This document shows positions 27,587 to 36,671 of a stretch of 64,000 bases of DNA, in pieces. Where the stretch lies: positions 15,269-79,268 of the forward strand of contig NTJT01000001.1 in NCBI GenBank assembly GCA_002457605.1, given 5' to 3'. The position numbers were made by a program, and so were the translations under genes. The first letter of the stretch is position 1. Every line of letters begins with the position of its first letter. The notes beneath the pieces were generated by a model. The model saw only the letters and a program-made list of their open reading frames with translations. It ran no database searches and was not told the DNA's origin. This stretch comes from Marine Group II euryarchaeote MED-G34 (GTDB lineage Archaea > Thermoplasmatota > Poseidoniia > Poseidoniales > Thalassarchaeaceae).

Positions 27587-29022
27587 GTCGGGCCATGCGC
27601 GAGCCGGCATGCTGGGAGATGTTCTGGCCCGAGGTCGCAGTATTCGACGGCAATGCGAACGCACTTGGCATCGAAGAGGCATCGCTGATGGATGCGGCTG
27701 GGAAGAGACTCGCTACTGCTGCACGCGAAATGGCAGAAGGAGCAATTCTAATCTTATGTGGGCCAGGCAACAACGGTGGAGATGGCTTTGTCGCCGCCCG
27801 CTACCTACGTGAATGGGGCATCGATACCTCGGTCATAGCCAGTCACCCTGAATCGCGCGGCACCAGCGCGCGCGCTGCGCGCGAGGCTGCTGGCGGGGTA
27901 CTAATCTGGCCCAATACACCTCTCAAACCTCACACTCTCGTCGTGGACTGTCTGTTGGGAGCCGGAGCCTCCCCTGGGCAGAGCCTCAGGGCCCCTATTG
28001 GAGAAATCGTAGCTTGGGCAGTCGAACTTGAGACTCCCGTGCTTGCCTGTGATATCCCAACGGGAATGGGAGGGTTGGATGCTCTACCAGCTATCGCCAC
28101 CCTCACCTTCCATAGTATCAAGCAGGGGCTGGCCTCACCCGAGGCCGGGGAAGTCACAGTGGCTCCATTACCATGGCCGGCTGAGGTCGAGGACTGCGGA
28201 CCCGGTGATGCGAGCCGATATCCTCCTCTGACTGCAAACGCTCGCAAGGGAGACCGTGGCCGGTTATGGGTAATCGGAGGAGGTCCATACCACGGTGCCC
28301 CAATACTCGCTGGTATGGCAGCCGCTCGCACCGGTTGCGATCTCGTACACATCGCGATGCCTAGTGCAGCCGCAGCTAGAGTAGAATGGCCTGCCACACT
28401 GATTCCTGAGATCTTACCAGACGAGGACATTCTAACCGACGCTTCTCTTACACACATCTCCGAAGCCTTCGGATCCCGCGAAACCCAGGCGCTAATCATA
28501 GGCCCTGGATTGGGTCGTGACGATGCTACATTGAGCGCTGTTTCGGAAATACTCAGGATGTCTTCGGACAACGGTGTCCCTGTAGTGATTGATGCTGATG
28601 CCATCGGTGCCCTGCCCAATGAGTCATGGCCTAATGGGCTAAGCGGCGTTGCCACTCCCCATGTCAAGGAGGCCGAGCGTTGGCTTGGAACAACATCTCC
28701 TTCAGATGCTCTCAATGACTGTTCAGGAGAGGCCGTTACCATCGTAATCACAGGCCCGGAGGATGAACTGACGGGTCCTGAGGGCCGCTCCTGTCGTGCC
28801 TCAGGAGGTCACTCTCGCATGGCGGTGGGAGGCACTGGCGATCTGTTGGCAGGCACGATAGGAGGGTTGCTGGCTCAGGGTATGGAGGCTTGGCCTGCAG
28901 CTAGGCTCGGCTGCGCACTGCTGCGTGAATCAGGTGCCAGAGCAGCCGAGAGCACCGGTCCAGGACTGCTTGCAGAAGATGTTCCTGTTGAGATAGCCAG
29001 AGTACTGGCGGAGTGGACGTAG
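27583..29022 (+). CDS. nnr: Bifunctional NAD(P)H-hydrate repair enzyme Nnr (epimerase plus ADP-dependent dehydratase)
   Basis: YjeF-N motif (CGPGNNGGDGFVAARYL) and the YjeF-C carbohydrate-kinase domain (GGGPYHGAPILAGMAA ... GGTGDLLAGTIGGLLAQG). Confidence 0.85.
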   Translation: MSRAMREPACWEMFWPEVAVFDGNANALGIEEASLMDAAGKRLATAAREMAEGAILILCGPGNNGGDGFVAARYLREWGIDTSVIASHPESRGTSARAAREAAGGVLIWPNTPLKPHTLVVDCLLGAGASPGQSLRAPIGEIVAWAVELETPVLACDIPTGMGGLDALPAIATLTFHSIKQGLASPEAGEVTVAPLPWPAEVEDCGPGDASRYPPLTANARKGDRGRLWVIGGGPYHGAPILAGMAAARTGCDLVHIAMPSAAAARVEWPATLIPEILPDEDILTDASLTHISEAFGSRETQALIIGPGLGRDDATLSAVSEILRMSSDNGVPVVIDADAIGALPNESWPNGLSGVATPHVKEAERWLGTTSPSDALNDCSGEAVTIVITGPEDELTGPEGRSCRASGGHSRMAVGGTGDLLAGTIGGLLAQGMEAWPAARLGCALLRESGARAAESTGPGLLAEDVPVEIARVLAEWT

Positions 29023-29029
29023 GGATAGC

Positions 29030-29503
29030 ATGCTGGTCAGTGAAGATTACCCCTGGGGAAAACTTCTGCGTGAGTACGCGACTTACTGCGCAGTGGGGTG
29101 CATCAATGTCGCCGTATTCTTCGTTATCTACGACTGGCTCTATGACATTGTCCTAAACGAGCAGTATCGGGCAGCAAGCGCCTGGGCCGTGGCTTACTTC
29201 ATCAGTTCGTGGCAGGCTCACTTCCTACATCGCTGGCTGACCTTTGAGTCTCCAACTGGATACACGAAAAGCCTCTATGTGATGCTGTTGATTTACACAG
29301 TTCTATGGGCGATTTCCACCACTACTATAGCTTACTTCAGTGACACCCTAGGATACAACCATCTGTACACTTGGGCTGCCAACACAGCCGCTTTCGGCTT
29401 CTTGGCCTTCCTTGCTCTGCGCATCTTCGCCTTCCCTCTGTCGGACGGGCGAATCTCACGCAAAGAACGCCTTGAGGAGTACAAAGAGCGGCGTAGGTCT
29501 TGA
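29030..29503 (+). CDS. GtrA-family membrane protein (polysaccharide/glycolipid translocation-associated)
   Basis: Four-TM GtrA-like topology and motif (YATYCAVGCINVAVFFVIY...). Confidence 0.65.
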   Translation: MLVSEDYPWGKLLREYATYCAVGCINVAVFFVIYDWLYDIVLNEQYRAASAWAVAYFISSWQAHFLHRWLTFESPTGYTKSLYVMLLIYTVLWAISTTTIAYFSDTLGYNHLYTWAANTAAFGFLAFLALRIFAFPLSDGRISRKERLEEYKERRRS

Positions 29504-29527
29504 AGTGGACTTGTTCGTGGCGCGGCC

Positions 29528-30784
29528 GTGACCCAAGGCGTACGAGGCACTAGGGACTTCTATCCCGAGGACATGAGAATACGCAACTGGCTGTTCGACA
29601 ATTTCCGCAACGCCGCCCGCAGCCACGGATTTGAGGAGTACGATGCCCCGGTATTAGAGCATGAGGAGTTGTACACCCGCAAGCAGGGCGAGGAGATCAC
29701 ACAACAACTCTACAATTTCGAGGACAAGGGCGAGCGCAGGGTCGCCCTTCGTCCCGAGATGACACCATCCCTCGCGCGCATGGTGATGGCTAGGGCCGGT
29801 GCCTTACCCACTCCAATCAAGTGGTTCTCGATTCCACAGTGCTGGCGCTACGAGCGAACACAACGCGGGCGCGGGCGCGAGCACTACCAGTGGAACGTCG
29901 ACATCTGGGGCAGCAACGCCCTCGAGGCTGATGTGGAACTACTCTCGGTTCTGGTGAACTTCTTCGAGGGTATCGGACTTACAGCTGACGACTTGGTCAT
30001 CAAAATCAGCAGCCGCAAGGTGTTGGAGGAAGTTCTCGGCTCGTTGGGAATCTCCGGCGACGCCTTTGCCGCCACATGCATCATCGTCGACAAAATGGAC
30101 AAACTTCCAGAAGACGTCGTTGCCGCTCAACTGGCCGAGCAAGGGCTCGGCCCTGATGCAGTGACTACCATTCAATCCACACTCGGAGTTGACGACCTAG
30201 ACTCTCTTGCATCCGCACTCGGTGGAGACAGCGCTGCTGTCTCAGAACTTGCAGGATTATTCGATCTTATCGATGCCTACGACATCGCCGACTGGGTTGC
30301 CTTCGACGCCTCGGTGGTCCGTGGTCTCGCTTACTACACCGGCCCGGTCTTTGAGGCACACGACCGAGCAGGACAACTTCGCGCTATTTGCGGTGGTGGC
30401 CGTTACGATAGACTTCTGTCGAGCCTAGGTGGCAAAGATATGCCAGCGACCGGCTTTGGCTTCGGTGACATGGTCATCATGGAACTGCTGATGGACAAGG
30501 GACTCGTACCCGACCTGCCTTCAGGCAACGAGGACATCGTCATCGCAATCAGCGAGGATCTGCGCTCGGCAGCGATGTCTGTGGCTTCCAAACTCAGAGC
30601 AAGTGGCCGCTCGGTCGACCTCGTACTGGAAGACAAGCGCATGAAGTGGGCCTTCCGTCATGCCGAGAGAACTGGGGCACAAAGACTCGTGATGGTGATG
30701 CCCGAAGAATGGGCAGCAGGTAATGTGAGAATCAAAGACCTCGAAAGCGGTGAAGAGTCAGATGTCGACGTTGGCGATTTGTGA
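29528..30784 (+). CDS. hisS: Histidine--tRNA ligase
   Basis: Class II aaRS motifs (RGTRDFYPEDM; motif 2 RYERTQRGRGREHYQWNVD; GGGRYD motif 3) and the anticodon-binding domain. GTG start at 29528, with no in-frame ATG upstream. Confidence 0.85.
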   Translation: MTQGVRGTRDFYPEDMRIRNWLFDNFRNAARSHGFEEYDAPVLEHEELYTRKQGEEITQQLYNFEDKGERRVALRPEMTPSLARMVMARAGALPTPIKWFSIPQCWRYERTQRGRGREHYQWNVDIWGSNALEADVELLSVLVNFFEGIGLTADDLVIKISSRKVLEEVLGSLGISGDAFAATCIIVDKMDKLPEDVVAAQLAEQGLGPDAVTTIQSTLGVDDLDSLASALGGDSAAVSELAGLFDLIDAYDIADWVAFDASVVRGLAYYTGPVFEAHDRAGQLRAICGGGRYDRLLSSLGGKDMPATGFGFGDMVIMELLMDKGLVPDLPSGNEDIVIAISEDLRSAAMSVASKLRASGRSVDLVLEDKRMKWAFRHAERTGAQRLVMVMPEEWAAGNVRIKDLESGEESDVDVGDL

Positions 30785-30869
30785 TTACTCTTCTTCGAGA
30801 ATTTCTTTGATAGTCTCATCAGCTCCGAACATCGAGGCGATGATTGCCGAGACCAAGTCGAACATACCA

Positions 30870-31697
30870 TCACTCTTCGCGAGTGAATCTGCTGGCACCG
30901 ACTGCAGCGAGTGCTAGAGCGCCTATACCTGCTACTAGGCCGAAGCCAGGCAGAGCGTCTGAGACAGCACCACCGATTCCGTCTCCACCACCATCACCAC
31001 CTTCTCCTGGGATGGTTTGGTTGACTACAGGGAAGTTGGCTTCGACGGTATAGTTCTCCTCGTTGTTCGAGTAGAAGAAGGTGAACTCACCCTCACAATC
31101 TATTCCTGGAAAGAGGCACTCAATACCGTTGTAACCAGGCCAAGAGTACTGGACTCTAAGTTGGGGTTCTTCTATGCTCTTATTCCAACGAGCCATCGAC
31201 TCATTGGTGTTAATCTCCCAGTGTACTGCCTCATCTTCGTAATTATTGTTGACTCCAGGGAACTCCTGCTCTGCCATCTCCAAAGACCCCTTCATCAGTG
31301 TCAAGGTGAGTGGAATACATTCCTGGGTATCGTCACAACCATCTCCTGCATAAATCCTAACTTCAATATCAATGACTATTGTTCCGTTGGCATCTAGATA
31401 CATGTCCTGCTTGAAATTCTCCTGCATGCTGCAGGTGAAATCGACCTCTACCTGCTGTCCTTGAGGAAACGTCTCAGAGCCGTATCCCTCGCTGGCTGAG
31501 CCCGATGAGTCGTTGCCATCAAAGTGAGTCCAACAGTTGTTCAGGCTACTGTCTCCCCAGAAGTGCATGTGCGGGTTGTCGACCGAGGGCTGCTTGGGGT
31601 CCTGAACTGCATCTTGCGCGCTCGCGGGCGCGGCCACGGTAGACAGGGCAATCAGTAACGCGAGTCCGAAGGCGTGTGCAGCACGCTGCGTCTGCAT
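30870..31697 (-). CDS. Secreted Cys-rich protein of unknown function carrying a PGF-CTERM archaeosortase-A sorting signal
   Basis: Signal peptide (LALLIALSTVAAPASAQDA), eight or more cysteines in the mature domain, a Gly/Asp-rich linker (GEGGDGGGDGIGG), then PGFGLVAGIGALALAAVGASRFTREE. This is a PGF motif followed by a TM helix and a basic tail. Confidence 0.6.
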   Translation of the reverse strand: MQTQRAAHAFGLALLIALSTVAAPASAQDAVQDPKQPSVDNPHMHFWGDSSLNNCWTHFDGNDSSGSASEGYGSETFPQGQQVEVDFTCSMQENFKQDMYLDANGTIVIDIEVRIYAGDGCDDTQECIPLTLTLMKGSLEMAEQEFPGVNNNYEDEAVHWEINTNESMARWNKSIEEPQLRVQYSWPGYNGIECLFPGIDCEGEFTFFYSNNEENYTVEANFPVVNQTIPGEGGDGGGDGIGGAVSDALPGFGLVAGIGALALAAVGASRFTREE

Positions 31698-31749
31698 GGT
31701 TTCGCCCCCAATCTCCCCTGTTTGAGACTTACTCCGTTCTGGTTCACCC

Positions 31750-32865
31750 TCAATCGAATCGATGAAATCCGCCTTCTGGGGTACTGCGCGTCTTTCTTGA
31801 GATATTGAGGGCCTCTCCGAGCATATCTGCGCTCATCATCTCAGCCTCGAGCCGGCTGTTGGCAACTCCGGTGATGATTGACATCACTTTGATGGTGTCT
31901 CCGAAGGCCGGATCTTGTCTGGCTCCGAATATGACGTTGGCATCGGGAGAGAGTCTTGCTGTCATCAGATCACAGACCTGGTTAGCTTGCTCCAGCGTCA
32001 TGTATGGACCACCTGTAACGTGGATGAGAGCACCCGTCGCCCCGTCTATCTCAATGTCGAGAAGCGGATGGTTGAGGGACTCGTGAACTACCTCCTCTGG
32101 ACCTTGGTCACTCTCTCCATAGAGCATCATCGTCACGCCTCCACCCTTCATGATGGCTCGGACATCTGCGAAGTCGAGGTTGATTAGGCTCGGCAGGGTG
32201 ATGGTCTCGACCACTCCCTTGACTATCTCTGCGATGAGCTGGTCCATGATACTGAAGGCTTCGTCGAGAGGCAGGTTTGGGACGAAGTGGAGAAGTCTGT
32301 TGTTATCCAGCACCAGAACTGCGTCGGCCGCCTTCCTGAGTAATTCAAGTCCTTCCAATGCTCTCTGCATTCGCTGTCTGCGCTCGACTGAGAATGGAGT
32401 TGTTACGACGGCCACGACTAGAGCCCCTGAGCGCTTGGCCTCCTCTGCCACGATTGGAGCAATCCCGGTTCCAGTGCCTCCACCTAATCCGGCGGTGACA
32501 AACACTAGGTCAGCCCCACCAACAATCTTGGTGATGACATCTCTACCGGCCTCAGCGCAGCGTCGTCCAGTGACCGGGTCCCCTCCGGCACCAAGTCCGC
32601 GGGTGATGTGCCTGCCGACCAACAATTTCTGCATCGCTCTTGTGTGATCGAGGTGTTGCTTGTCGGTGTTGATCGCTACGGTGACAGCTCCCTCAACACC
32701 GATGTGAGTAATCCGATTCATCGTGTTATTGCCAGAGCCCCCACAACCGCATACTAGGATGCGTGGGTCTGGGGGCCCGTACGATTCGAGCTCCCTATCT
32801 GTCAGCGCTGTTGGAATCCTACCGTCGGGTATCTGATCAATTACTGATGCCGGCGCCTCAACCAT
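31750..32865 (-). CDS. ftsZ: Cell division GTPase FtsZ (tubulin/FtsZ family)
   Basis: GGGTGTG tubulin signature, the NTD.Q.L motif and the T7 loop region. About 371 aa. Confidence 0.85.
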   Translation of the reverse strand: MVEAPASVIDQIPDGRIPTALTDRELESYGPPDPRILVCGCGGSGNNTMNRITHIGVEGAVTVAINTDKQHLDHTRAMQKLLVGRHITRGLGAGGDPVTGRRCAEAGRDVITKIVGGADLVFVTAGLGGGTGTGIAPIVAEEAKRSGALVVAVVTTPFSVERRQRMQRALEGLELLRKAADAVLVLDNNRLLHFVPNLPLDEAFSIMDQLIAEIVKGVVETITLPSLINLDFADVRAIMKGGGVTMMLYGESDQGPEEVVHESLNHPLLDIEIDGATGALIHVTGGPYMTLEQANQVCDLMTARLSPDANVIFGARQDPAFGDTIKVMSIITGVANSRLEAEMMSADMLGEALNISRKTRSTPEGGFHRFD

Positions 32866-33021
32866 CCATCCTACCCCAGTGCATCCCCGGCATTGCTGCC
32901 TACTTCACGAAGTGCGTTTCTCAGCCTTCTTAACCGTTGAGGGGTATGACGGCCCGACCGAGGCGATTATCAGAGTCTCTCCGGAAAGCGAGATAAGCAG
33001 GAGGGCACTCCACTGGCATAA

Positions 33022-33125
33022 CCGTGCTTAGCTCAGTTGGCTAGAGCACCTGACTGTAGACTGGAAACACTTGGTTGTAGGCAGCCATCAGGGGGTCCCC
33101 GGTTCAAGTCCGGGAGCGCGGACCA
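33022..33125 (+). tRNA. tRNA-Tyr (anticodon GUA) with a 27-nt intron (33060-33086) at the canonical 37/38 position. CCA is encoded.
   Basis: Manual fold. Acceptor CCGTGCT/AGCGCGG with C1:G72 (the archaeal/eukaryal Tyr identity pair), discriminator A73, D stem GCTC/GAGC, anticodon stem CCTGA/TCAGG, loop CTGTAG|intron|A, perfect T arm CCCGG-TTCAAGT-CCGGG, 3' CCA. Confidence 0.8.
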
Positions 33126-33209
33126 ATAAACTCCTTCAGTTGCTCTTGGAGCAATGTGGGCAGACTGATAAAGGGGGGTTTGGTCGGCAGGCCGCAACGA
33201 GGTCTGACA

Positions 33210-33797
33210 ATGGGTGTTCAACAGCATGTTAGGTCACTCTGGAAGACCCCCAAGGCATCACTACCGCCTAGGTACCGGCGCGACCGCATGGCGAGCTGGA
33301 GGCGAGAGCCTGTGTTCCAGAGAATTGAGAGGCCAACGCGCATCGACGCGGCCCGACGGGTCGGCTACAAAGCTAAGCAGGGAGTAGTTGTTGTTAGGAC
33401 CCGCGTTCGCCGAGGGGGACTGCGCAAGAGCAAGGTCCACATGAAGCGCAAACCTTCCAAGGCCGGTATCAAGAAAATCACAATGGGCAAGTCGATTCAG
33501 CGGATGGCAGAGGAGCGAGTCAACAGGCGCTACCCAAACCTCGAGGTACTCAACTCGTATTGGGTAGGTGAAGATGGGAAGAACAAGTTCTTCGAAGTCA
33601 TCATGCTGGACCCTGCACATCCTGTGATTAAGTCGGACAAGCAGCTCGGATGGGTATCCAGCGGCAACAGCCACCGCGGTCGCGCGTATCGTGGAAAGAC
33701 CAGCGCCGGCAAGCGTGGGCGAGGTCTGCGCAACAAGGGCAAGGGAGCCGAGAAATTGCGGCCCAGCCTGAAGGCCAACAAAAACCGCGGCAAGTGA
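33210..33797 (+). CDS. rpl15e: 50S ribosomal protein L15e
   Basis: L15e family sequence along its whole length (LWKTPK...[21 protein letters not shown]...). ATG at 33210 was chosen. The ORF-track start at 33156 overlaps the tRNA region. Confidence 0.9.
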   Translation: MGVQQHVRSLWKTPKASLPPRYRRDRMASWRREPVFQRIERPTRIDAARRVGYKAKQGVVVVRTRVRRGGLRKSKVHMKRKPSKAGIKKITMGKSIQRMAEERVNRRYPNLEVLNSYWVGEDGKNKFFEVIMLDPAHPVIKSDKQLGWVSSGNSHRGRAYRGKTSAGKRGRGLRNKGKGAEKLRPSLKANKNRGK

Positions 33798-33846
33798 GCC
33801 CCCTTCGGCCGTCAGATTGATGCCTGTTCATTCTCGGCAGTAGCCA

Positions 33847-34101
33847 ATGGCAGACCGTCAAGTGTCCGAAATTCGCGGGCTCCCCGTCATCATGCCTAGC
33901 GGAAGATTGCTCGGAACAGTCCATGACACAGTCATCGATACAGACGGTTGGACCTGCACGCACATCTTCGTAGCCGACCCTCCCGCCGATCTGGTTGAGG
34001 GCCGAATTCATGTCGCGATTCCCTGGAACTGGGTCAGATCGATAGGCGATGTTGTGCTTCTCCGATGGTTCCCATCCACTCCCATTCCACGTAACTCGTG
34101 A
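33847..34101 (+). CDS. PRC-barrel domain protein
   Basis: PRC-barrel pattern (EIRGLPVIMPSGRLLGTVHDTVIDTDGWTCTHIFV). Confidence 0.5.
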   Translation: MADRQVSEIRGLPVIMPSGRLLGTVHDTVIDTDGWTCTHIFVADPPADLVEGRIHVAIPWNWVRSIGDVVLLRWFPSTPIPRNS

Positions 34102-34204
34102 AGCCTCTTTCCTCGTTCAAGGGCTCAAAACCCACTCTAATCGCTTGAGCATAGGATGAACGCGACTGCGATACGATTCAAAAGCAGAGGGCGAACCGTT
34201 CTGC

Positions 34205-36589
34205 GTGCGCCGAGCGTCCGCCACCCTACTAATCGCCCTACTGCTGGTCAGTTCAGCACCTCTGGTTCAGGCAGGAGAGAAAGGGGTCATCTCATGCGTC
34301 AACGCCGACCAGTCAATGATGCCGGCAAGTTGGGATCTCGATGATCAGTCATGTGTAAGGGTCGATTTGGGGGAGTTGGAGCCCGGCGAAATTATCTCCT
34401 TCGATTTGACCACTGATTCTGAAATAGATATCCTCATGTTCTCGGTCAACTCGATTTCAGTTTACCAGAATGAGCAGTCATACCGCAGCGATTCGATTTG
34501 GGAGAGGAACTCGGTATTCGAGGAATTCATCGGAACCGGTTCCTGGCACTGGACTGTCCCTGACGATAGGGAGATGACCCGATGGTACCTCGTTCTCGAC
34601 AATCTAGTCCACCCTCAGGATGGAGGAGGTGGCGCTCAGGGAGGTTCGATAGCGTCAATCGCACTAGACTCGGAAATGATCACTCCTGGAACGTTCACCC
34701 TCGCTGACACCATCGTTAGACTCGACCCCGGCGAGCACTCGGTACTGCACGGCCCGTTCATAGTAGACGCTGGCACTCAAGTCAGGATGGAGGCCAACAC
34801 CATGGAGGGAGCTCCCGATGTATTCCTAATGACTTCCTCGCAGGTGGCTCTGTATGAGCAGGGCGGCACCGCAGCCGCACGCGTCGAAGGTACCGACATG
34901 CTACTCATCACTCAGGAACGTGACATGGTCTGGATGGCTACCGAGACTTACGAGGGAGAAGATCTCTATCTGGTGGTCGATAACAGAGCAGGTCCTGCAG
35001 GAGGAGGTGCTGGAACCGAGGATACCGCAGTCACAGTTACACTCACTCTGACCCCGGTACTGGAACCAGTAATCAGCGGAGACGTCTCTCTTGAGATAAT
35101 CAACGTCGGCGACATCGTCACTCTGGACGCTACGCAGACTCCGAACAACTCCGGCCAGATTCCTGAGTCTGGCTTCCATTGGGACACCAACGGAGACGGA
35201 ACAGATGACACTGTAGGGTCGTCTGTGAGTGTCAGTTGGTCAGACCCCACTAATGTCACTATCAGACTTACTGTAGTGGCGATTGACGCGCGTAGCGCCA
35301 GCTCGTATCAGTCAATCGAGGTCGCGGACATTTCTGGGCCCGAAGTAAGCATTGGAGCCTCTGCGATATTGGAACGCACATATGGGGACGATGTGGTACT
35401 CAGTGGGCAGGTGAGTGATAATTGGGGCATCGCCACAATCGAATGGCTCGTCGATGATGTTCTGATACGGACCAATTCGGGCAGCGACGAAGGAGCAACC
35501 GTGTTCAACCATCTGTTCAACTCCAGTTACTCCGCCGGACTCCACACCATCACCCTGAAGGCCACTGACAATTCGGGCATGGTTTCCGAAGACACCGCAA
35601 CTATCAGTCTGTACGACTCCACTCCGCCAGTCATCGGAACACACCAAGAGGAGGTGAATCTGCAGATAGGCCAGACCTTCCGCTTTGAGGCCAACGTCAG
35701 CGATTCCGAATCGAACAACCTGTTATTCTCGTGGGATTTCAACAGCAATGTAGACTCCGATTCTGACGGCGACCCAAGGAACGACAACGACGGTTTTGGA
35801 GACTCGGTGCTGTGGAGTTACGATGCCTCCGGTCCTATGATTGTAGTCTGCCAGATTGAGAACGACGCCGGGCTGGTTTCCGAGTTTGAGGTGCTGGTCA
35901 ATGTGCTCAGTGGTAACGAGGATGATGGATTGGATTTGATGCAGTTGGGACTCATGGCCGCAGCTGCTCTCATAGTGGTAATTCTGATTGCTCTGTTGAC
36001 TTGGCGATTCATGTCTAATCGTAGACTTGCAGCGATGATTGCCGAAGATGATGAGCCTGAGCAGCCTGTATCCGCAGCCCCCTCAGTCGAGGAGCAGAAG
36101 GCCATGTGGGGTGGAGCAGAGCCCACCATGCAGATTGAGCAGCCTGCTCAACAGGTCTTCAATGACTTCTCAAGCGGGATGTCAGGTTCGACCCAAGATA
36201 TCTCCACTGCAATGGGTGAGTCTGAGGGAGAGGAACTGGATCCCGATATCGCAGCTCTGCTACGGTCATCCGAAGAAGAGGATGCCTCAGGCCCAAGTCC
36301 TGCCAAAGAAATCCTATCAGAGTTTGACGAAGATGACTCTGTCGAGAGAGAAGATATCGATTACTCACATGAGACTCAGACTGAGGAAACCGTGTCAAAC
36401 TGGTCTCCCGGAGAGGACGAAAATGAGGTCTTCCAACCTAAAGAAATTGAGTCGGAGCCGGATCGAAAAGTTCGCCAGAATTGCTCTTCGTGTGACAAGA
36501 AGTTCGAGGTCGAACTTCCTCCTGGACTTGACGCCGCTAGGACAGCTTGTCCTCATTGCGGCTCGATTGAATCGATTAGCCTAGGGTGA
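34205..36589 (+). CDS. Large membrane-anchored surface protein with a signal peptide, a 600-aa ectodomain with Ig/PKD-like repeats, one TM helix, an acidic cytoplasmic tail and a C-terminal Cys4 zinc ribbon
   Basis: GTG start (VRRASATLLIALLLVSSAPLVQA). The TM helix is LMAAAALIVVILIALLTWRF. The tail is rich in D/E/S and ends with CSSCDKKFEVELPPGLDAARTACPHCGS. Confidence 0.6.
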   Translation: MRRASATLLIALLLVSSAPLVQAGEKGVISCVNADQSMMPASWDLDDQSCVRVDLGELEPGEIISFDLTTDSEIDILMFSVNSISVYQNEQSYRSDSIWERNSVFEEFIGTGSWHWTVPDDREMTRWYLVLDNLVHPQDGGGGAQGGSIASIALDSEMITPGTFTLADTIVRLDPGEHSVLHGPFIVDAGTQVRMEANTMEGAPDVFLMTSSQVALYEQGGTAAARVEGTDMLLITQERDMVWMATETYEGEDLYLVVDNRAGPAGGGAGTEDTAVTVTLTLTPVLEPVISGDVSLEIINVGDIVTLDATQTPNNSGQIPESGFHWDTNGDGTDDTVGSSVSVSWSDPTNVTIRLTVVAIDARSASSYQSIEVADISGPEVSIGASAILERTYGDDVVLSGQVSDNWGIATIEWLVDDVLIRTNSGSDEGATVFNHLFNSSYSAGLHTITLKATDNSGMVSEDTATISLYDSTPPVIGTHQEEVNLQIGQTFRFEANVSDSESNNLLFSWDFNSNVDSDSDGDPRNDNDGFGDSVLWSYDASGPMIVVCQIENDAGLVSEFEVLVNVLSGNEDDGLDLMQLGLMAAAALIVVILIALLTWRFMSNRRLAAMIAEDDEPEQPVSAAPSVEEQKAMWGGAEPTMQIEQPAQQVFNDFSSGMSGSTQDISTAMGESEGEELDPDIAALLRSSEEEDASGPSPAKEILSEFDEDDSVEREDIDYSHETQTEETVSNWSPGEDENEVFQPKEIESEPDRKVRQNCSSCDKKFEVELPPGLDAARTACPHCGSIESISLG

Positions 36590-36650
36590 TTCATCTACAA
36601 CCTCGGTTATTAGATGCAAAGCCGGTTCCTGTAAGGCAATACCCTATAGC

Positions 36651-36667
36651 GCACCTCTAGGAGGTGC
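36651..36667 (+). promoter_or_regulatory. Perfect 17-nt palindrome GCACCTC-TAG-GAGGTGC immediately upstream of the 36672 start codon. It sequesters the SD-like GGAGGTG and is a candidate translational-control hairpin, terminator or protein-binding site.
   Basis: Read directly from the sequence. 7-bp stem, 3-nt loop. The ATG lies 5 nt downstream. Confidence 0.45.
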
Positions 36668-36671
36668 GAGC

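Noticed and set aside
27930-28751. 273-aa antisense ORF inside nnr
   Set aside because: It has a Ser/Ala/Pro/Arg-rich low-complexity composition typical of shadow ORFs in GC-rich DNA. The sense strand has unambiguous YjeF motifs.
33033-33227. 64-aa minus-strand ORF
   Set aside because: It lies across the tRNA-Tyr gene and the L15e upstream region.
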